Source of the DNA: an uncultured Candidatus Saccharibacteria bacterium
GTDB taxonomy: Bacteria > Patescibacteriota > Saccharimonadia > Saccharimonadales > Saccharimonadaceae
Direction: 5' to 3'
Length of the DNA: 64,000 nucleotides
Assembly: GCA_946646285.1 (NCBI GenBank)
Contig: CAMPCN010000001.1
Location: 64,233-128,232 of the forward strand
The notes beneath the pieces are model-generated. The model made no database searches. It worked only from the letters and a program-made list of their open reading frames with translations, and was not told where the DNA came from. This document shows, in pieces, positions 33,620 to 44,100 of the stretch. Both the position numbers and the translations under genes were made by a program. Numbering within the stretch: the stretch's first letter is position 1; every line of letters begins with the position of its first letter.

Positions 33620-36178
33620 CTAGATAAGGCACAGTTCAGCTTTCATTTTTTCGAGAAGGTCTTGCTTAATCTTGAGCTGCTCGCGAGTCTCGTCGACAAG
33701 TTCTTTTGGTGCCTTTTTGGTGTAATTTGGATTACTGAGGCGTGCGTCAAGAGTATTAATCTCGCTACCAAGTTTTAGAATGCGATCCTCGAGGTTGTGC
33801 TTGTACTTATTGAGAATATCTTCTGGGATTTGTAAGTAAATATTGTGATTTGGAATCGCCAAACGAAGACCGCTGAGTTCGTCGGTGCTGATTTTTGGTA
33901 CGCATGGAGCTTTGGTTAGATGTTGGATGAGAAGTTGGTTGTCGTACATAAGCGGATCGTCGTCAAAGGCGATTGGGTAAGACGCTGCACCTGGCAAGCT
34001 CTGAAAATGACTACGGATGTTGACGATGATGTCTTTAAGCTCTTCGAATCTCTTAACTTTTTTATGGTCGATTTGATATGGCTCTGGCCAGTTTTGGGTA
34101 ATGAGCATGCCGCTAGTCCAGCTGAGGGTTTGCCAGATTGTTTCGGTGACAAATGGTGCGAATGGGTGGAGCATGATAAGAATTTGCTCGAGAGTTGATT
34201 TGAGAAGTGTAGTATCTTTCCAAAGTTTTTCACTTTCAATAAACCAGTCGGCGTATTTGTTCCAGATTAGGTCATAAAGAAGGTCTCCAGCTTCGGCGAA
34301 GCGGTAATTTGCGAGAAGCTTTTGGATTTCCTTGTTTGCTTGGTTGATTTGGTGGCAAATCCAGTCCTCACTGTAGTTATCGATTGTTAGCTCTTTGTCG
34401 CCTTTCGGATTGTCATCGACGAGTTGCTGAATGAGACGCGCAACGTTCCAGAGCTTATTGCAGAGATTGCGGCTTGCGATAACTTTGCTTGTGCTGAATG
34501 CTTGGTTAACTCCAGCGGAACGGCTTGCGATGAGACCGAGGCGTAGTGCGTCGGAGCCATATTGACTAACGATTTCGATTGGATTGATGACGTTGCCTTT
34601 TGACTTGGACATCTTCTGCCCTTTTTCATCTAACACCATACCGTGCATATAGACATCTTTGAATGGAATGTCGCCAGTGACATAGAGGCTAAGCATAATC
34701 ATGCGGCCGACCCATTGGAACAGTAAGTCAGCACCAGTTTCCATAACGGAGGTTGGAAAATGCGCTTTGCGTTCGCTAGTAGTAATGTATGGCCATTGTC
34801 CGGAGCTAAACCAGGTATCGAAGGTATCTTCATCGCGTATATAAGTATTGCCGTTTTTCTTTAGCTCTGTCTTATCGACATGCTCATCGAAAATCCAATC
34901 TGATGGGTCGTTGATGTTTTGGAAGGCAGGAATTGGGATGCCCCACGGAATTTGGCGTGAGATGTTCCAATCTTTTAATTGTTCAAGATAGTTGATAAGA
35001 ACTTGCTTTTTGCTAGCGGGGTGAAATTTGATCTTCCCTGCCCTGAGCGCTTTGATGGCCTCTTTTGCTAGTGGTTTTACGTCTACAAACCATTGTTCTT
35101 TGAGTAACGGCTCAATGACGGTATCGCACTTGTAACAGTGGCCAACGGAGTGCGTGATTTTTTCTTCTCCCCGAAGTAAGCCTTGCTCTTCTAGGTTTTT
35201 GAGAACCTTTTTGCGAGCATCTTGGACTGTGAGGTTTTCATAGTTGGCGCCTGCATTTTCATTCATTTTGCCATCGAAACCAATGACTGTAATCATTGGG
35301 AGATTGTGGCGTTGGCCAACCTCGTAGTCGTTTTGATCGTGTGCTGGTGTAATTTTTACAACACCCGTGCCATATTCTATGTCAGCATGCTCGTCGGCGA
35401 TGATAGGTATCTCGCGATCAGTAAGTGGGAGTTTGAGCATTTTTCCTACTAGATGTTTGTAGCGCTTGTCTTCTGGGTTGACGGCCACGGCGGTATCGCC
35501 AAGTAGGGTTTCAGGTCGCGTAGTTGAGATGATTAATTCTGTGACACCTTGTGATGGCTCTACTAGTGGGTATGCGATTTGCCAGAGCATGCCCTTTTCG
35601 TCTTTATGTGTTACTTCAATATCTGCAAAAGCGGTTTGATGTTTTGTACAAAAGTTTACGAGCTTCTTACCTCTGTAGATTAATCCGTCATCCCATAGTT
35701 TTTTGAAGGTTTTATAGACGGTGTCGGTAACCTTTGGGTCTAAAGTAAAGGTTAAACTATCCCAATCGCAGGATGCGCCGAGAGCGCGTAGTTGGAGTTC
35801 CATATTTCCGCGTTGTTCGTGAACGAAATCCCAGACCTGGGAGTACAGTTGATCGCGGGTATAATCGAAGCGGGTCTTCCCTTTTGACTCTAGATAGCGT
35901 TCGTAGACGACCCACGTTTCGAAACCGGCATGATCAGCTCCTGGAATATACCAAGTATTATCCCCCTTAAGACGGTGGTATCTTGTAAGGATATCTTCTA
36001 GTGCAATTGTTAGTCCGTGTCCAATATGCAAGTTGCCATTTGCGTTTGGTGGCGGCATAACGATGGTGTAATTTTCTGCTTTTTTGTTTGAACTAGGTTT
36101 AAATGCGCCGGATTTTTCCCAGAGTGCGTATACGTCTGGCTCGTATTCGTTCGGCTCGTAGGCTTTACTAAATTTCAT
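33620..36178 (-). CDS. valS: Valyl-tRNA synthetase
   Basis: PPPNANGNLHIGH (HIGH), KMSKSKGN (KMSKS), editing-domain TTRPETLLGDTAVAVNP and a coiled-coil C-terminus. Confidence 0.97.
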   Translation of the reverse strand: MKFSKAYEPNEYEPDVYALWEKSGAFKPSSNKKAENYTIVMPPPNANGNLHIGHGLTIALEDILTRYHRLKGDNTWYIPGADHAGFETWVVYERYLESKGKTRFDYTRDQLYSQVWDFVHEQRGNMELQLRALGASCDWDSLTFTLDPKVTDTVYKTFKKLWDDGLIYRGKKLVNFCTKHQTAFADIEVTHKDEKGMLWQIAYPLVEPSQGVTELIISTTRPETLLGDTAVAVNPEDKRYKHLVGKMLKLPLTDREIPIIADEHADIEYGTGVVKITPAHDQNDYEVGQRHNLPMITVIGFDGKMNENAGANYENLTVQDARKKVLKNLEEQGLLRGEEKITHSVGHCYKCDTVIEPLLKEQWFVDVKPLAKEAIKALRAGKIKFHPASKKQVLINYLEQLKDWNISRQIPWGIPIPAFQNINDPSDWIFDEHVDKTELKKNGNTYIRDEDTFDTWFSSGQWPYITTSERKAHFPTSVMETGADLLFQWVGRMIMLSLYVTGDIPFKDVYMHGMVLDEKGQKMSKSKGNVINPIEIVSQYGSDALRLGLIASRSAGVNQAFSTSKVIASRNLCNKLWNVARLIQQLVDDNPKGDKELTIDNYSEDWICHQINQANKEIQKLLANYRFAEAGDLLYDLIWNKYADWFIESEKLWKDTTLLKSTLEQILIMLHPFAPFVTETIWQTLSWTSGMLITQNWPEPYQIDHKKVKRFEELKDIIVNIRSHFQSLPGAASYPIAFDDDPLMYDNQLLIQHLTKAPCVPKISTDELSGLRLAIPNHNIYLQIPEDILNKYKHNLEDRILKLGSEINTLDARLSNPNYTKKAPKELVDETREQLKIKQDLLEKMKAELCLI

Positions 36179-36184
36179 GTGAAT

Positions 36185-36193
36185 ATTATAACA
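36185..36193 (-). promoter_or_regulatory. Extended -10 (TGtTATAAT) 6 nt upstream of valS ATG; leaderless candidate
   Basis: The minus strand reads TGTTATAAT-attcac-ATG with no SD. Confidence 0.5.
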
Positions 36194-36381
36194 TATTTTT
36201 AACTAATTTACCTCTTATATGCGTTATTGTACAAATATCTTTTACTTTATGTATTTATGCCGTTGTATTTTGGCATATTTTTGGCAATTTGGGATAAAAA
36301 AGAGCGCTTTTTGCGCCTATTTTTTTCTATTTTTCATCAAAAACTATGATTTTCACATGAAAAAAATCCATAAAAATCATG

Positions 36382-36401
36382 AATATTTCACGTGAAATAT
36401 T
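36382..36401. repeat. Perfect 20-bp palindrome AATATTTCACGTGAAATATT
   Basis: Read directly. A related TTTTCAcaTGAAAA copy lies ~35 bp upstream, and ATGATTTT/AAAATCAT arms bracket that upstream copy. Confidence 0.9.
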
Positions 36402-36583
36402 TACAAATAGCTAAAAATGTTTTCTGCTATGCGTACACCTTACGTTCGTTCGTCCCAAACGATTACTCGTTGGTAATTCTATTTTAGCGCAAACGGGATG
36501 CTAAGTCAAATGGTGGCTAATAAATAGATAAATGTTAACATAATCTTTTTGCACTTTTTGGTGGAAATGTGGATAATGGTGTT

Positions 36584-36793
36584 ATGGCGTTCATTCGTAA
36601 ATTTAAGACTGGGAGCGGTGCGACTGGCGTTCAGGTTTGTTGGAAACAGGGCGGGGAAGTAGTGAAGACCGTCCATATTGGTTCGGCAAATAGCGATTTG
36701 GCTTTGGAAAAATTGCTAAAAAAAGCGCAAAAAGTGATCGATGATGGAAAAAGACCGCTTTTTGATTTACGGAAATTTGATAAAAAGTCTTGA
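36584..36793 (+). mobile_element. N-terminal stub (~69 aa) of an IS1634-family-like transposase
   Basis: MAFIRKFKTGSGATGVQVCWKQGGEVVKTVHIGSANSDLALEKLLKKAQ resembles the conserved N-terminus of IS1634-type transposases (MxxIRKxxTxSGATxVQI...HIGSA). The frame ends at TGA, followed by low-complexity AT-rich DNA. Confidence 0.5.
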
Positions 36794-36966
36794 CATAAGG
36801 TGTTATTTTTTGGAAAAAATTTTTTTTTGCGCTTCGCGCATTATATTTTTGTGATTTTATTTTTGCTTTTTTCCAAAAATAAAAAAATTTTTTCCGCCTG
36901 CGGCGGAATATATTGCATAGACTACGCAGACTGCGTAATCTTGTTTATGCATTTTGTGATATATTT

Positions 36967-38166
36967 TTATGTGTTAGACTTTTGCACAATTTTTTGCACA
37001 GGTTTTTCAACAGGGTGCAGTATGGCGAGTATGCGTTGCATTTTTTCTTGCGTGAGATCTGTTGGCAAACATAATATTTTTGGATGTATTGATTCGGCGA
37101 TTGGTGCCATTTTGCTACTATAATGATAGCGACGATTTGAGTTTGGGCCGGGGTAGAGAAGAGGGGAATACCATCTTCGTATGAAAAAGCCGGAGCTGGT
37201 TAGTATATCGTAGACTTTTGTGGCGGTTGAGGCGTCCTTAAATAATACTGGGTATGCTAATAGTGGTTCGTCGTAATTGTTGATAAGTTCAAAATTTGGG
37301 TTGTTTGCTAGTTTTTTGTTATAGATGCGGACGTTTTTTTGTCGGAGTTTATAGATGGCCGGTAGGGCGGGGAGATGCTTTAGGATAGTATTATTGACAA
37401 ATTTTGTAGATGCGTATGGACGAGATTGTTCTGCGGATTGTTCATATGGCGCTACGGCAAGCTCGAATATGTGAGCTTTGTAAGCAAGGTTGCGTACATC
37501 GTTAAATATCGAATTCGGTAAACGGTGAAGGAGGCCATTTTGGAAGCGATATGTGCGCGACCTTAGATCTAGACCAAGTGGCGGTTGTGGCAAATTTAGT
37601 AGAGAAGTGGTTATTTCTCCGTATAGTTTTGGGTTTTTCTTTTTTAGCTCTGGATTTACATAGATAGCACCGCCAAATTTGGTGTTTTTGATTACTTTTT
37701 CGACGCCGAATGAGTGGACGGAGATGTCTGCGAGTATTTCGCCAGATTTGCTGGCAGCCATTCGGGTAAGGCAGTGGGCGGAATCTTCGATTAGGATTAG
37801 GCGGTGTTTTTTAGCGAAATCGGCGATCGCTTGGGCCTTGTCGCCAATTATGCCTAAAGTGTGCTGCATGACTACCGCAACAGTTTTTGAATTGTAGCAT
37901 TTTTCTGGTTGCGTGAGGCTGAGAGTGCTAGGGTCGATGTCAGCATAGGCAGGCTTTAGGTTGCTAACAAGAATTGGGTTTATAGCAGTGATACAAGTGT
38001 ATGGTTGAGTGATAACTTCGCCATGACCATATATATTATATATGGCTTGAAAAACAGTCGCCATGCCGAAGCGTGCTTTAAAAGTCAGAAACCAATCATC
38101 TGGGTCGGTGTTGGAGTATTTGGCGAGTGATTTGCGGACGGCAAGATTTGACTGTATTAAATCCAT
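36967..38166 (-). CDS. DegT/DnrJ/EryC1/StrS-family PLP-dependent aminotransferase
   Basis: The fold pattern includes DISVHSFGVEKVI (PLP Lys). The start is taken as ATG 38166; GTG 38169 is the track alternative. Confidence 0.75.
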   Translation of the reverse strand: MDLIQSNLAVRKSLAKYSNTDPDDWFLTFKARFGMATVFQAIYNIYGHGEVITQPYTCITAINPILVSNLKPAYADIDPSTLSLTQPEKCYNSKTVAVVMQHTLGIIGDKAQAIADFAKKHRLILIEDSAHCLTRMAASKSGEILADISVHSFGVEKVIKNTKFGGAIYVNPELKKKNPKLYGEITTSLLNLPQPPLGLDLRSRTYRFQNGLLHRLPNSIFNDVRNLAYKAHIFELAVAPYEQSAEQSRPYASTKFVNNTILKHLPALPAIYKLRQKNVRIYNKKLANNPNFELINNYDEPLLAYPVLFKDASTATKVYDILTSSGFFIRRWYSPLLYPGPNSNRRYHYSSKMAPIAESIHPKILCLPTDLTQEKMQRILAILHPVEKPVQKIVQKSNT

Positions 38167-38173
38167 CACTGAT

Positions 38174-38179
38174 ATTATA
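38174..38179 (-). promoter_or_regulatory. -10 box TATAAT 7 nt upstream of ATG 38166; leaderless candidate
   Basis: The minus strand reads TATAAT-atcagtg-ATG. Confidence 0.35.
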
Positions 38180-38216
38180 TCGTATTTTGAATAACTTTTT
38201 TAGGGGCAGAGAACAA

Positions 38217-39254
38217 TTAATGGATAATTGAGCGCGGCGAAATATCTAAATCGTAAGGATCAGATGCGCTTTCGCCGGATTGAATAGAATAATAGGCGGC
38301 CGATGCGACCATGGCACCATTATCGGTGCTAAGCTTTGGATCGGGGAAGAACACCTGATGAGTTTTTGAGAAGGTTTTCTTTAACTGAGTACGTAATTCT
38401 TGGTTTGCTGACACGCCACCTGCAAGAAGGATGGATTTTGCGGGATATTTTTGACTTGCTTTTTTTAGTTTCTGAATAAGAATGTTGACCGCCGTCGCCT
38501 GAAAGCTGGCGGCAAAATCGGCGATTTGTTGTTCGGATAGATGCTTTTGGAGTTCGTAAGACGGGGTAGTGATTGGCAGGTTAAGTTCTTTTTGAACTGC
38601 GCGTAAGACGGCTGTTTTCAGGCCGCTGAAAGAGAAGTCTAGATCGTCGACTTTTGGAATTGGGAGTTTATACTTGGTTGGATTGCCTCTTTGGGCGGCT
38701 TTGGCAATTGAAGGACCGCCGGGATAGGGGAGGCCAAGAATTTTTGCGATTTTATCAAAACATTCGCCAATGGCATCGTCTCGCGTAGTGCCGATGATAT
38801 CGAAATGGTCGTGACGTTGCATGTGGATGATTTGGGTATGTCCACCTGAAATAACTGCGGCAAGTAATGGAAATTCTGGCTGATAGCCGCTGAGCCAGTT
38901 GGCGTAGATATGGGATTTTAGATGATGTGTAGGATAGAATGGAATATTGTTGACGACTGCTATTGTGCGGGCGGCTAATGTGCCAACAAGAAGTGAGCCA
39001 ACAAGCCCTGGAGTGTGCGTGACGGCAATGGCATCGATATCGTGGATGGAAAGCTTTGCGTCCGTAAGTGCTTTTTTTATAACGGGATTGATGGCTTCAA
39101 TGTGGCTGCGGGCGGCTACTTCTGGAATTACGCCACCATATGCGGCGTGAATATCGATTTGTGAAACAACAACATTAGATAATATCTTACTTCCGTTTTC
39201 GACAACGGAAGCTGCAGTCTCGTCGCACGAGCTTTCAATTCCCAGAATTTTCAT
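38217..39254 (-). CDS. tsaD: tRNA N6-adenosine threonylcarbamoyltransferase TsaD
   Basis: MKILGIESSCDETAASV, HxxxH-type metal site (HIEAINPV...) and GGVSAN. The start is moved to the second ATG (39254), which matches the usual TsaD N-terminus. Confidence 0.93.
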   Translation of the reverse strand: MKILGIESSCDETAASVVENGSKILSNVVVSQIDIHAAYGGVIPEVAARSHIEAINPVIKKALTDAKLSIHDIDAIAVTHTPGLVGSLLVGTLAARTIAVVNNIPFYPTHHLKSHIYANWLSGYQPEFPLLAAVISGGHTQIIHMQRHDHFDIIGTTRDDAIGECFDKIAKILGLPYPGGPSIAKAAQRGNPTKYKLPIPKVDDLDFSFSGLKTAVLRAVQKELNLPITTPSYELQKHLSEQQIADFAASFQATAVNILIQKLKKASQKYPAKSILLAGGVSANQELRTQLKKTFSKTHQVFFPDPKLSTDNGAMVASAAYYSIQSGESASDPYDLDISPRSIIH

Positions 39255-39261
39255 TTCCATT

Positions 39262-39270
39262 ATTATACCA
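39262..39270 (-). promoter_or_regulatory. Extended -10 (TGgTATAAT) 7 nt upstream of tsaD ATG 39254; leaderless candidate
   Basis: The minus strand reads TGGTATAAT-aatggaa-ATG. Confidence 0.45.
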
Positions 39271-39355
39271 TAATTTCAGCTTTTTGCTTTTTTGTTTATG
39301 TGTAAGCGTTTATGTTATTATTAACATAAGGATTAATATGTAGAGAGGTCTAAAA

Positions 39356-39700
39356 ATGGAAAAAGTTCATGATTTTATTGGTAGTCTGCTTGATCAGAAA
39401 GGGATTACCGATATTGAACCGGAAGCTCGCGAACAACTTATTAGCGAATTGACGGAACTATTAATGCAGGAAATTGATAATGCTGCCATTAGGGCTTTAC
39501 CAGAAGAAAAGGCGATTGAGCTTGCTGATGGATTAGAGAATGGTTCAATAAAACCTGAGGATGTTGGTACCTTTTTGATTGACGCCGGCTTGAACGTAGA
39601 AGAGATTTCAATGATTACGATGTTGCAATTTAGGGATTTTTATCTTGGGAACGCTGTGCCGGATGTAGAAGCCAATGAACCGGTGGTCGCAACGAATTAG
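39356..39700 (+). CDS. Small acidic hypothetical protein (114 aa), first gene of a three-gene block
   Basis: ORF with SD AGAGAGG and no catalytic motif. Confidence 0.6.
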   Translation: MEKVHDFIGSLLDQKGITDIEPEAREQLISELTELLMQEIDNAAIRALPEEKAIELADGLENGSIKPEDVGTFLIDAGLNVEEISMITMLQFRDFYLGNAVPDVEANEPVVATN

Positions 39701-39717
39701 TCGGTAGGAGCTTACTT

Positions 39718-41124
39718 ATGATTAATACTGGTGAAAAAATAGGGAAAGTCGAAAGTGGTGTGCCGGATGAGTTGTCTAGTGAGCAAAAGCGGACGCTCGC
39801 TCGAGCATCTATGGGGGTGGCTGAAATCGCTTCATCTGAAAATGGTAGCAAAGAAGACCTCTCAGCTACACTAAGTGAAGGCGGCAACAATGTAACCTCT
39901 ATCGATTCTGGTGAGGGAGCAGGTGAAAATACGGCTGTTCCAGAAGATGTCACAGTTGAGTCTGGTAGCGAATCGGACATTAGTGTCGATGATGAAGAAG
40001 CGGCTGGGAAAGACGCTAGTGAAGTGGCGTCGATAGGAGATTATGAAGGAATTCCAGACTACAGACCAGTTAGCTTAGAGAGTGGCGAAGGTAGAGATTA
40101 CGCTACGGATGAGATATGGAGACCTGCAGTAGAGAGACTGAATCCAGAAATGTCTCCTAGAGATGTTGATATTGTGATGTCGTTTGCGCACGTATGGAAT
40201 GAGTATTTGGAGCCTAGCGAGAGGGAAGCTTTGCTAAAAGGTGAGAATATCGATGGCTTCGAAAGCGATGGCATGATGCTTATGTTGAATAAGGCTCACA
40301 TCGTAAGTTCTGAGGGGGCGGCTGGTCAAGAAGGGGCAGGGGATAATAATGAACAGCCTGGCGAAGCGGAGGACGGTAATGATGAAGGCGCCTCTGGCGA
40401 AGCTGGTAGTGAAAACGGCGAAGATTTAGCGGATTATGAAGCAGTACCAATAGACGATATCGTAGAGATGAAAAAGGATATTGATACCGAAAAAGCCATA
40501 AAGAAACTGGAAAAAGAAGGCTTAACGGAAGAGCAACTTAGTGAATATCGTTCCGTAATTAAATATGGGAAGTTGGAGAAGTTTGCGCCGATTGTTAATT
40601 ACTTTAAGTCTGAAGAAACAAGGAAAGCAATTCCAGAGTCGAGCCTTATCTATGCTATTGATAAATCTGGTCTAGGGTATGCTAATGCCCTGATTAAAAC
40701 CGGTTTAGTTAAAGTTTCTGATGAATTCTCGAAATTTATCGACGACAGTATAGCTACCGTAAAAGGGAAAGTGGATTTTTTACATTCGCAAGTTAGTGAT
40801 TTACCCCCATTGGAAGCTATGACTATAGAAGAAATAGATAAGATGGGGCGGTGCGATGAGGCACAAGTTATTAAAGATAAAGACGGTAAAAATGTTCCTA
40901 TATTTGAAGCCCATGATGGACTGCTATATCCACATTTTATGACTTTTGTTGATTTGATCCATTCGAGATGCGATGGTGATGAGTTGTTATATAAGAGTAT
41001 TGTTGATTATGTAAACGGTGAAAACACTTTGCCGCAAGATTCTGCAGAAAAAGGAATGATTGATACGCTAATGAAGGCAGGGCTAATTAAAAAATCGCAT
41101 GACGTTGCGACGGGAGGAGAGTAA
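39718..41124 (+). CDS. Acidic modular hypothetical protein (468 aa)
   Basis: SD TAGGAG. It contains the module RDVDIVMSFAHVWNEYLEPSEREALLKGENIDG and several xxGL(I/V)K segments, both shared with the next ORF. Confidence 0.65.
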   Translation: MINTGEKIGKVESGVPDELSSEQKRTLARASMGVAEIASSENGSKEDLSATLSEGGNNVTSIDSGEGAGENTAVPEDVTVESGSESDISVDDEEAAGKDASEVASIGDYEGIPDYRPVSLESGEGRDYATDEIWRPAVERLNPEMSPRDVDIVMSFAHVWNEYLEPSEREALLKGENIDGFESDGMMLMLNKAHIVSSEGAAGQEGAGDNNEQPGEAEDGNDEGASGEAGSENGEDLADYEAVPIDDIVEMKKDIDTEKAIKKLEKEGLTEEQLSEYRSVIKYGKLEKFAPIVNYFKSEETRKAIPESSLIYAIDKSGLGYANALIKTGLVKVSDEFSKFIDDSIATVKGKVDFLHSQVSDLPPLEAMTIEEIDKMGRCDEAQVIKDKDGKNVPIFEAHDGLLYPHFMTFVDLIHSRCDGDELLYKSIVDYVNGENTLPQDSAEKGMIDTLMKAGLIKKSHDVATGGE

Positions 41125-41158
41125 GAATGGGGAATAATTATTTAGGGAGGAATAAGTA

Positions 41159-44100
41159 ATGGTGCGTGCAGCAGGTGAAGCTCCTTCTGGTGTCGCGTCT
41201 GGAGAGAAAAGCAAACAGCGCGAACTTAGTGATGAGATGCGAAAAAGATTTGCTAAGAGAATTCTAGAAATTAGCATAAAGTACGGTCTTTCGGAGCAAG
41301 ACGAGAACAGTCTTTTTGATTTATTAGATTCGGCTTATGGTGAAACCAGTGGTGACCAAGGCCAAGATAGTGGTAGCCAGAATAATGGCGAAGGCCAGGG
41401 CGATCAAGGCAATGGCGACAATAAAGATGGCCAAAATGTCGGCGACGATAAAGATGGCCAAAATGGTGGCGACAACAAAGACGGCCAAAACGGCGGTGAC
41501 AACAAAGACGGCCAAAATGTTGGTGATCAAGGCCAAGATAGTGGTAGCCAGAATAATGGCGAAGGTCAAGGCGATCAAGGTAATGGTGACGATAAAGATG
41601 GCCAAAATGTTGGTGACAATAAAGACGGCCAAAACGGTGGTGACAATAAAGATGGCCAAAATGTTGGCGATCAAGGCCAAGATAGTGGTAGCCAGAATAA
41701 TGGCGAAGGTCAAGGCGATCAAGGTAATGGTGACGATAAAGATGGCCAAAATGTTGGTGACAATAAAGACGGCCAAAACGGTGGTGACAATAAAGATGGC
41801 CAAAATGTTGGCGACAATAAAGACGGTCAAAATGGCGGTGACAACAAGGATAACGACGGAAATGGCGAGAATGGCGAGAATGCGCCAGACTATAGTCCTT
41901 TGACATATGGAGAAGCCAAAAAGAGTGGAGATTCATCTATTAGTCCAGTGTCGAAAGAGTCGATTAAAAAGAAACATCCAGAGCTATCTGACCAAGATAT
42001 TAGTATTACGATTTCGTTCGTGTCCGCATGGAATCGTATAAGCCACGAAGATAGACTAAGAATATTGAAGAATGGGGCGATAAAAGACCTCGAGGGCATG
42101 GTAGATTCGTTGCTGGGAGCTGGATTAATAGAGATTGGCGGTAGTGATGAACCTAATGGCGAGAATGGCGAAGACGGCAAAGATGAAGATGGTGAGAATA
42201 GCGAAGGCGGCGAAGAAGAAGATGGTGAGAATGGCGAAGACGACGATAACGAAGAAGATGGCGAGAATGGCGAAGATGGCGAGCGTGACAAAAAAGCTGG
42301 TGAATTTGTCGATGATAAGGATAAAAGTTTCTGGCTAGAGGTAGTAAAGAATATTGATCCAATTGATTTGTTGGATAAGCCAGACGACTATTCGATCGAT
42401 GTGATTAATGGCCTTGAAGAGGAATATGAGAGCGATTGCGAAAAATTAGCGGATGAACTGATGGATAATAGCGAGTTCGGCGATTGGTATGAAAGCCAGG
42501 GCGGGAATGTTTCTGATTTGACCGATATGAGCTTCAAGGCGCTCTATGAGCTAAGGCAACAATTCGAGAAGTCGAAGGAACCTAGTGAAGAACCGCAAGA
42601 AAAGAACGAAGGCGATTTAATTGCGGTTGGTCTTAATAGTGATGACGAAATAACTCGTCGTGCGCGCGAAATTGCAAAAGAGAAGGTTGAAGCGGACATT
42701 AATTCGCAAAAAGGCGTCTTTGGCTTCTTAAAGAAGATTTGGCTCACGCAAACAAAGATACTTCGTCAAGATAGAATGCAAGGCGAGATTAGGAAGAAGA
42801 TTATAGAGAAGAACAATCTTCTAATGAAGAAAGAGTCGGGCACAATTAGCGCCGACGAAGAGAGGAAACTAAAAGAACTTCAAGATGAGCTCGGTGCGGA
42901 TAGCTGGACTGCGAGCGAAGGAGATACGGAACGCTTTGTGTTGGCGCATGTTAGCAATATGCGTGAAGCAGTTATGGGCGCGAAAGGCGAGTCGATGTTT
43001 GTTTATGGCGTAGAATACGTAGAAACAAATGAAGACGAACTGAATGAAGATGGCACCGTAAAACTAGATGCAAACGGTAATCCTATTAAGAAACGTATAC
43101 CTAAAGCTTATCGTATGGATAAGGATCAGCAAGGTAATGTTAATAAGCAGGAAGTTACTGGCGAGGCGGCAGAGACTGCAATTGCGATAGAAGGTGCCAT
43201 TAGGGCTTATGCGTCGGCTGTTGGGGATATCGAACGAGATGCTAATTTGACTGCGGATCAGAAGAGGGATAAACAAAACGCTGAATTAGAAGATTTCCGC
43301 AGGAAAATGGATGAGTTAAGGCGCAAAGACATTCAAAATGGTGGCGACGGCACAATGATTAATAACTATGAAGCCGTCGCGCAGAGAGCTGCTGAACGCG
43401 CAAAGCACGAAATTGGCGTAGATGCCGTAATGGATGGTTTTAGATATATTAATGGTAAAATAAATCGTGAAGTAAATACTCAGCCTCATCGTAACGCTAT
43501 AGAAAAACTTGGCCATATGATAGGCACGTTCCCATTCGTTCCAGAAGGCGCTGCTGTAATGTCGGCTTGGATTATTATGACTGCTACGAAAACTGCTGGC
43601 AATACACTTGGACGTGCGGCAGGTGGTCTCGTTGGCGGCTCGGTGGTTGGAGCGGCCTTTAATGGCTTGAAGTTCGCCGATGATTATAGAGAGCAATATG
43701 CAACCGCCGCGCATGCATTGGCTACGAATGCGGAGCTTGGTGATAGGAAATTTGAAGGCAAAATGACAGAAAATGTCATGCGCTTTATGACTCGCGAGAA
43801 AGAGGGGGGCGGTAGAGAAAAAATTACTGCCAATTTACTGAGTAATGACTTGAATAAGTTAACAGCGGAATTAAATGCTGCATTCGACGAGTTTAATAGA
43901 GATCCGAATAATGATGAAGCGCGCGCAAAAATGCTAGGTATTGCAACTACTATGAGTGGTTGTATATTAGATGCGAGAAATAGGCTTTTGTATGGTGCGG
44001 AACAGCAAGTTGATTTAATGGCATTCTCGAGTAATGATTTGGGTCAAATTGAGAAAGAGCGTCTAAATCTTTGGAAGAGTATAGCGGTGGCGCAGACTGC

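Noticed and set aside
36800-37123. 107-aa ORF in the same frame as the transposase stub, after its TGA
   Set aside because: The sequence is F/L/I/C-rich low complexity from AT-rich DNA. Its 3' half is antisense to the degT-like gene end, and it has no resemblance to a transposase body.
41271-42362. Several 130-220-aa ORFs on both strands (H/R/Y-rich, I/L/A/T-rich, K/M/A/V-rich) in the 41.3-42.4 kb repeats
   Set aside because: These are frame and strand artefacts of the 27-bp tandem repeat. The sense frame is continuous with a 1569-aa ORF that has a GGGAGG SD.
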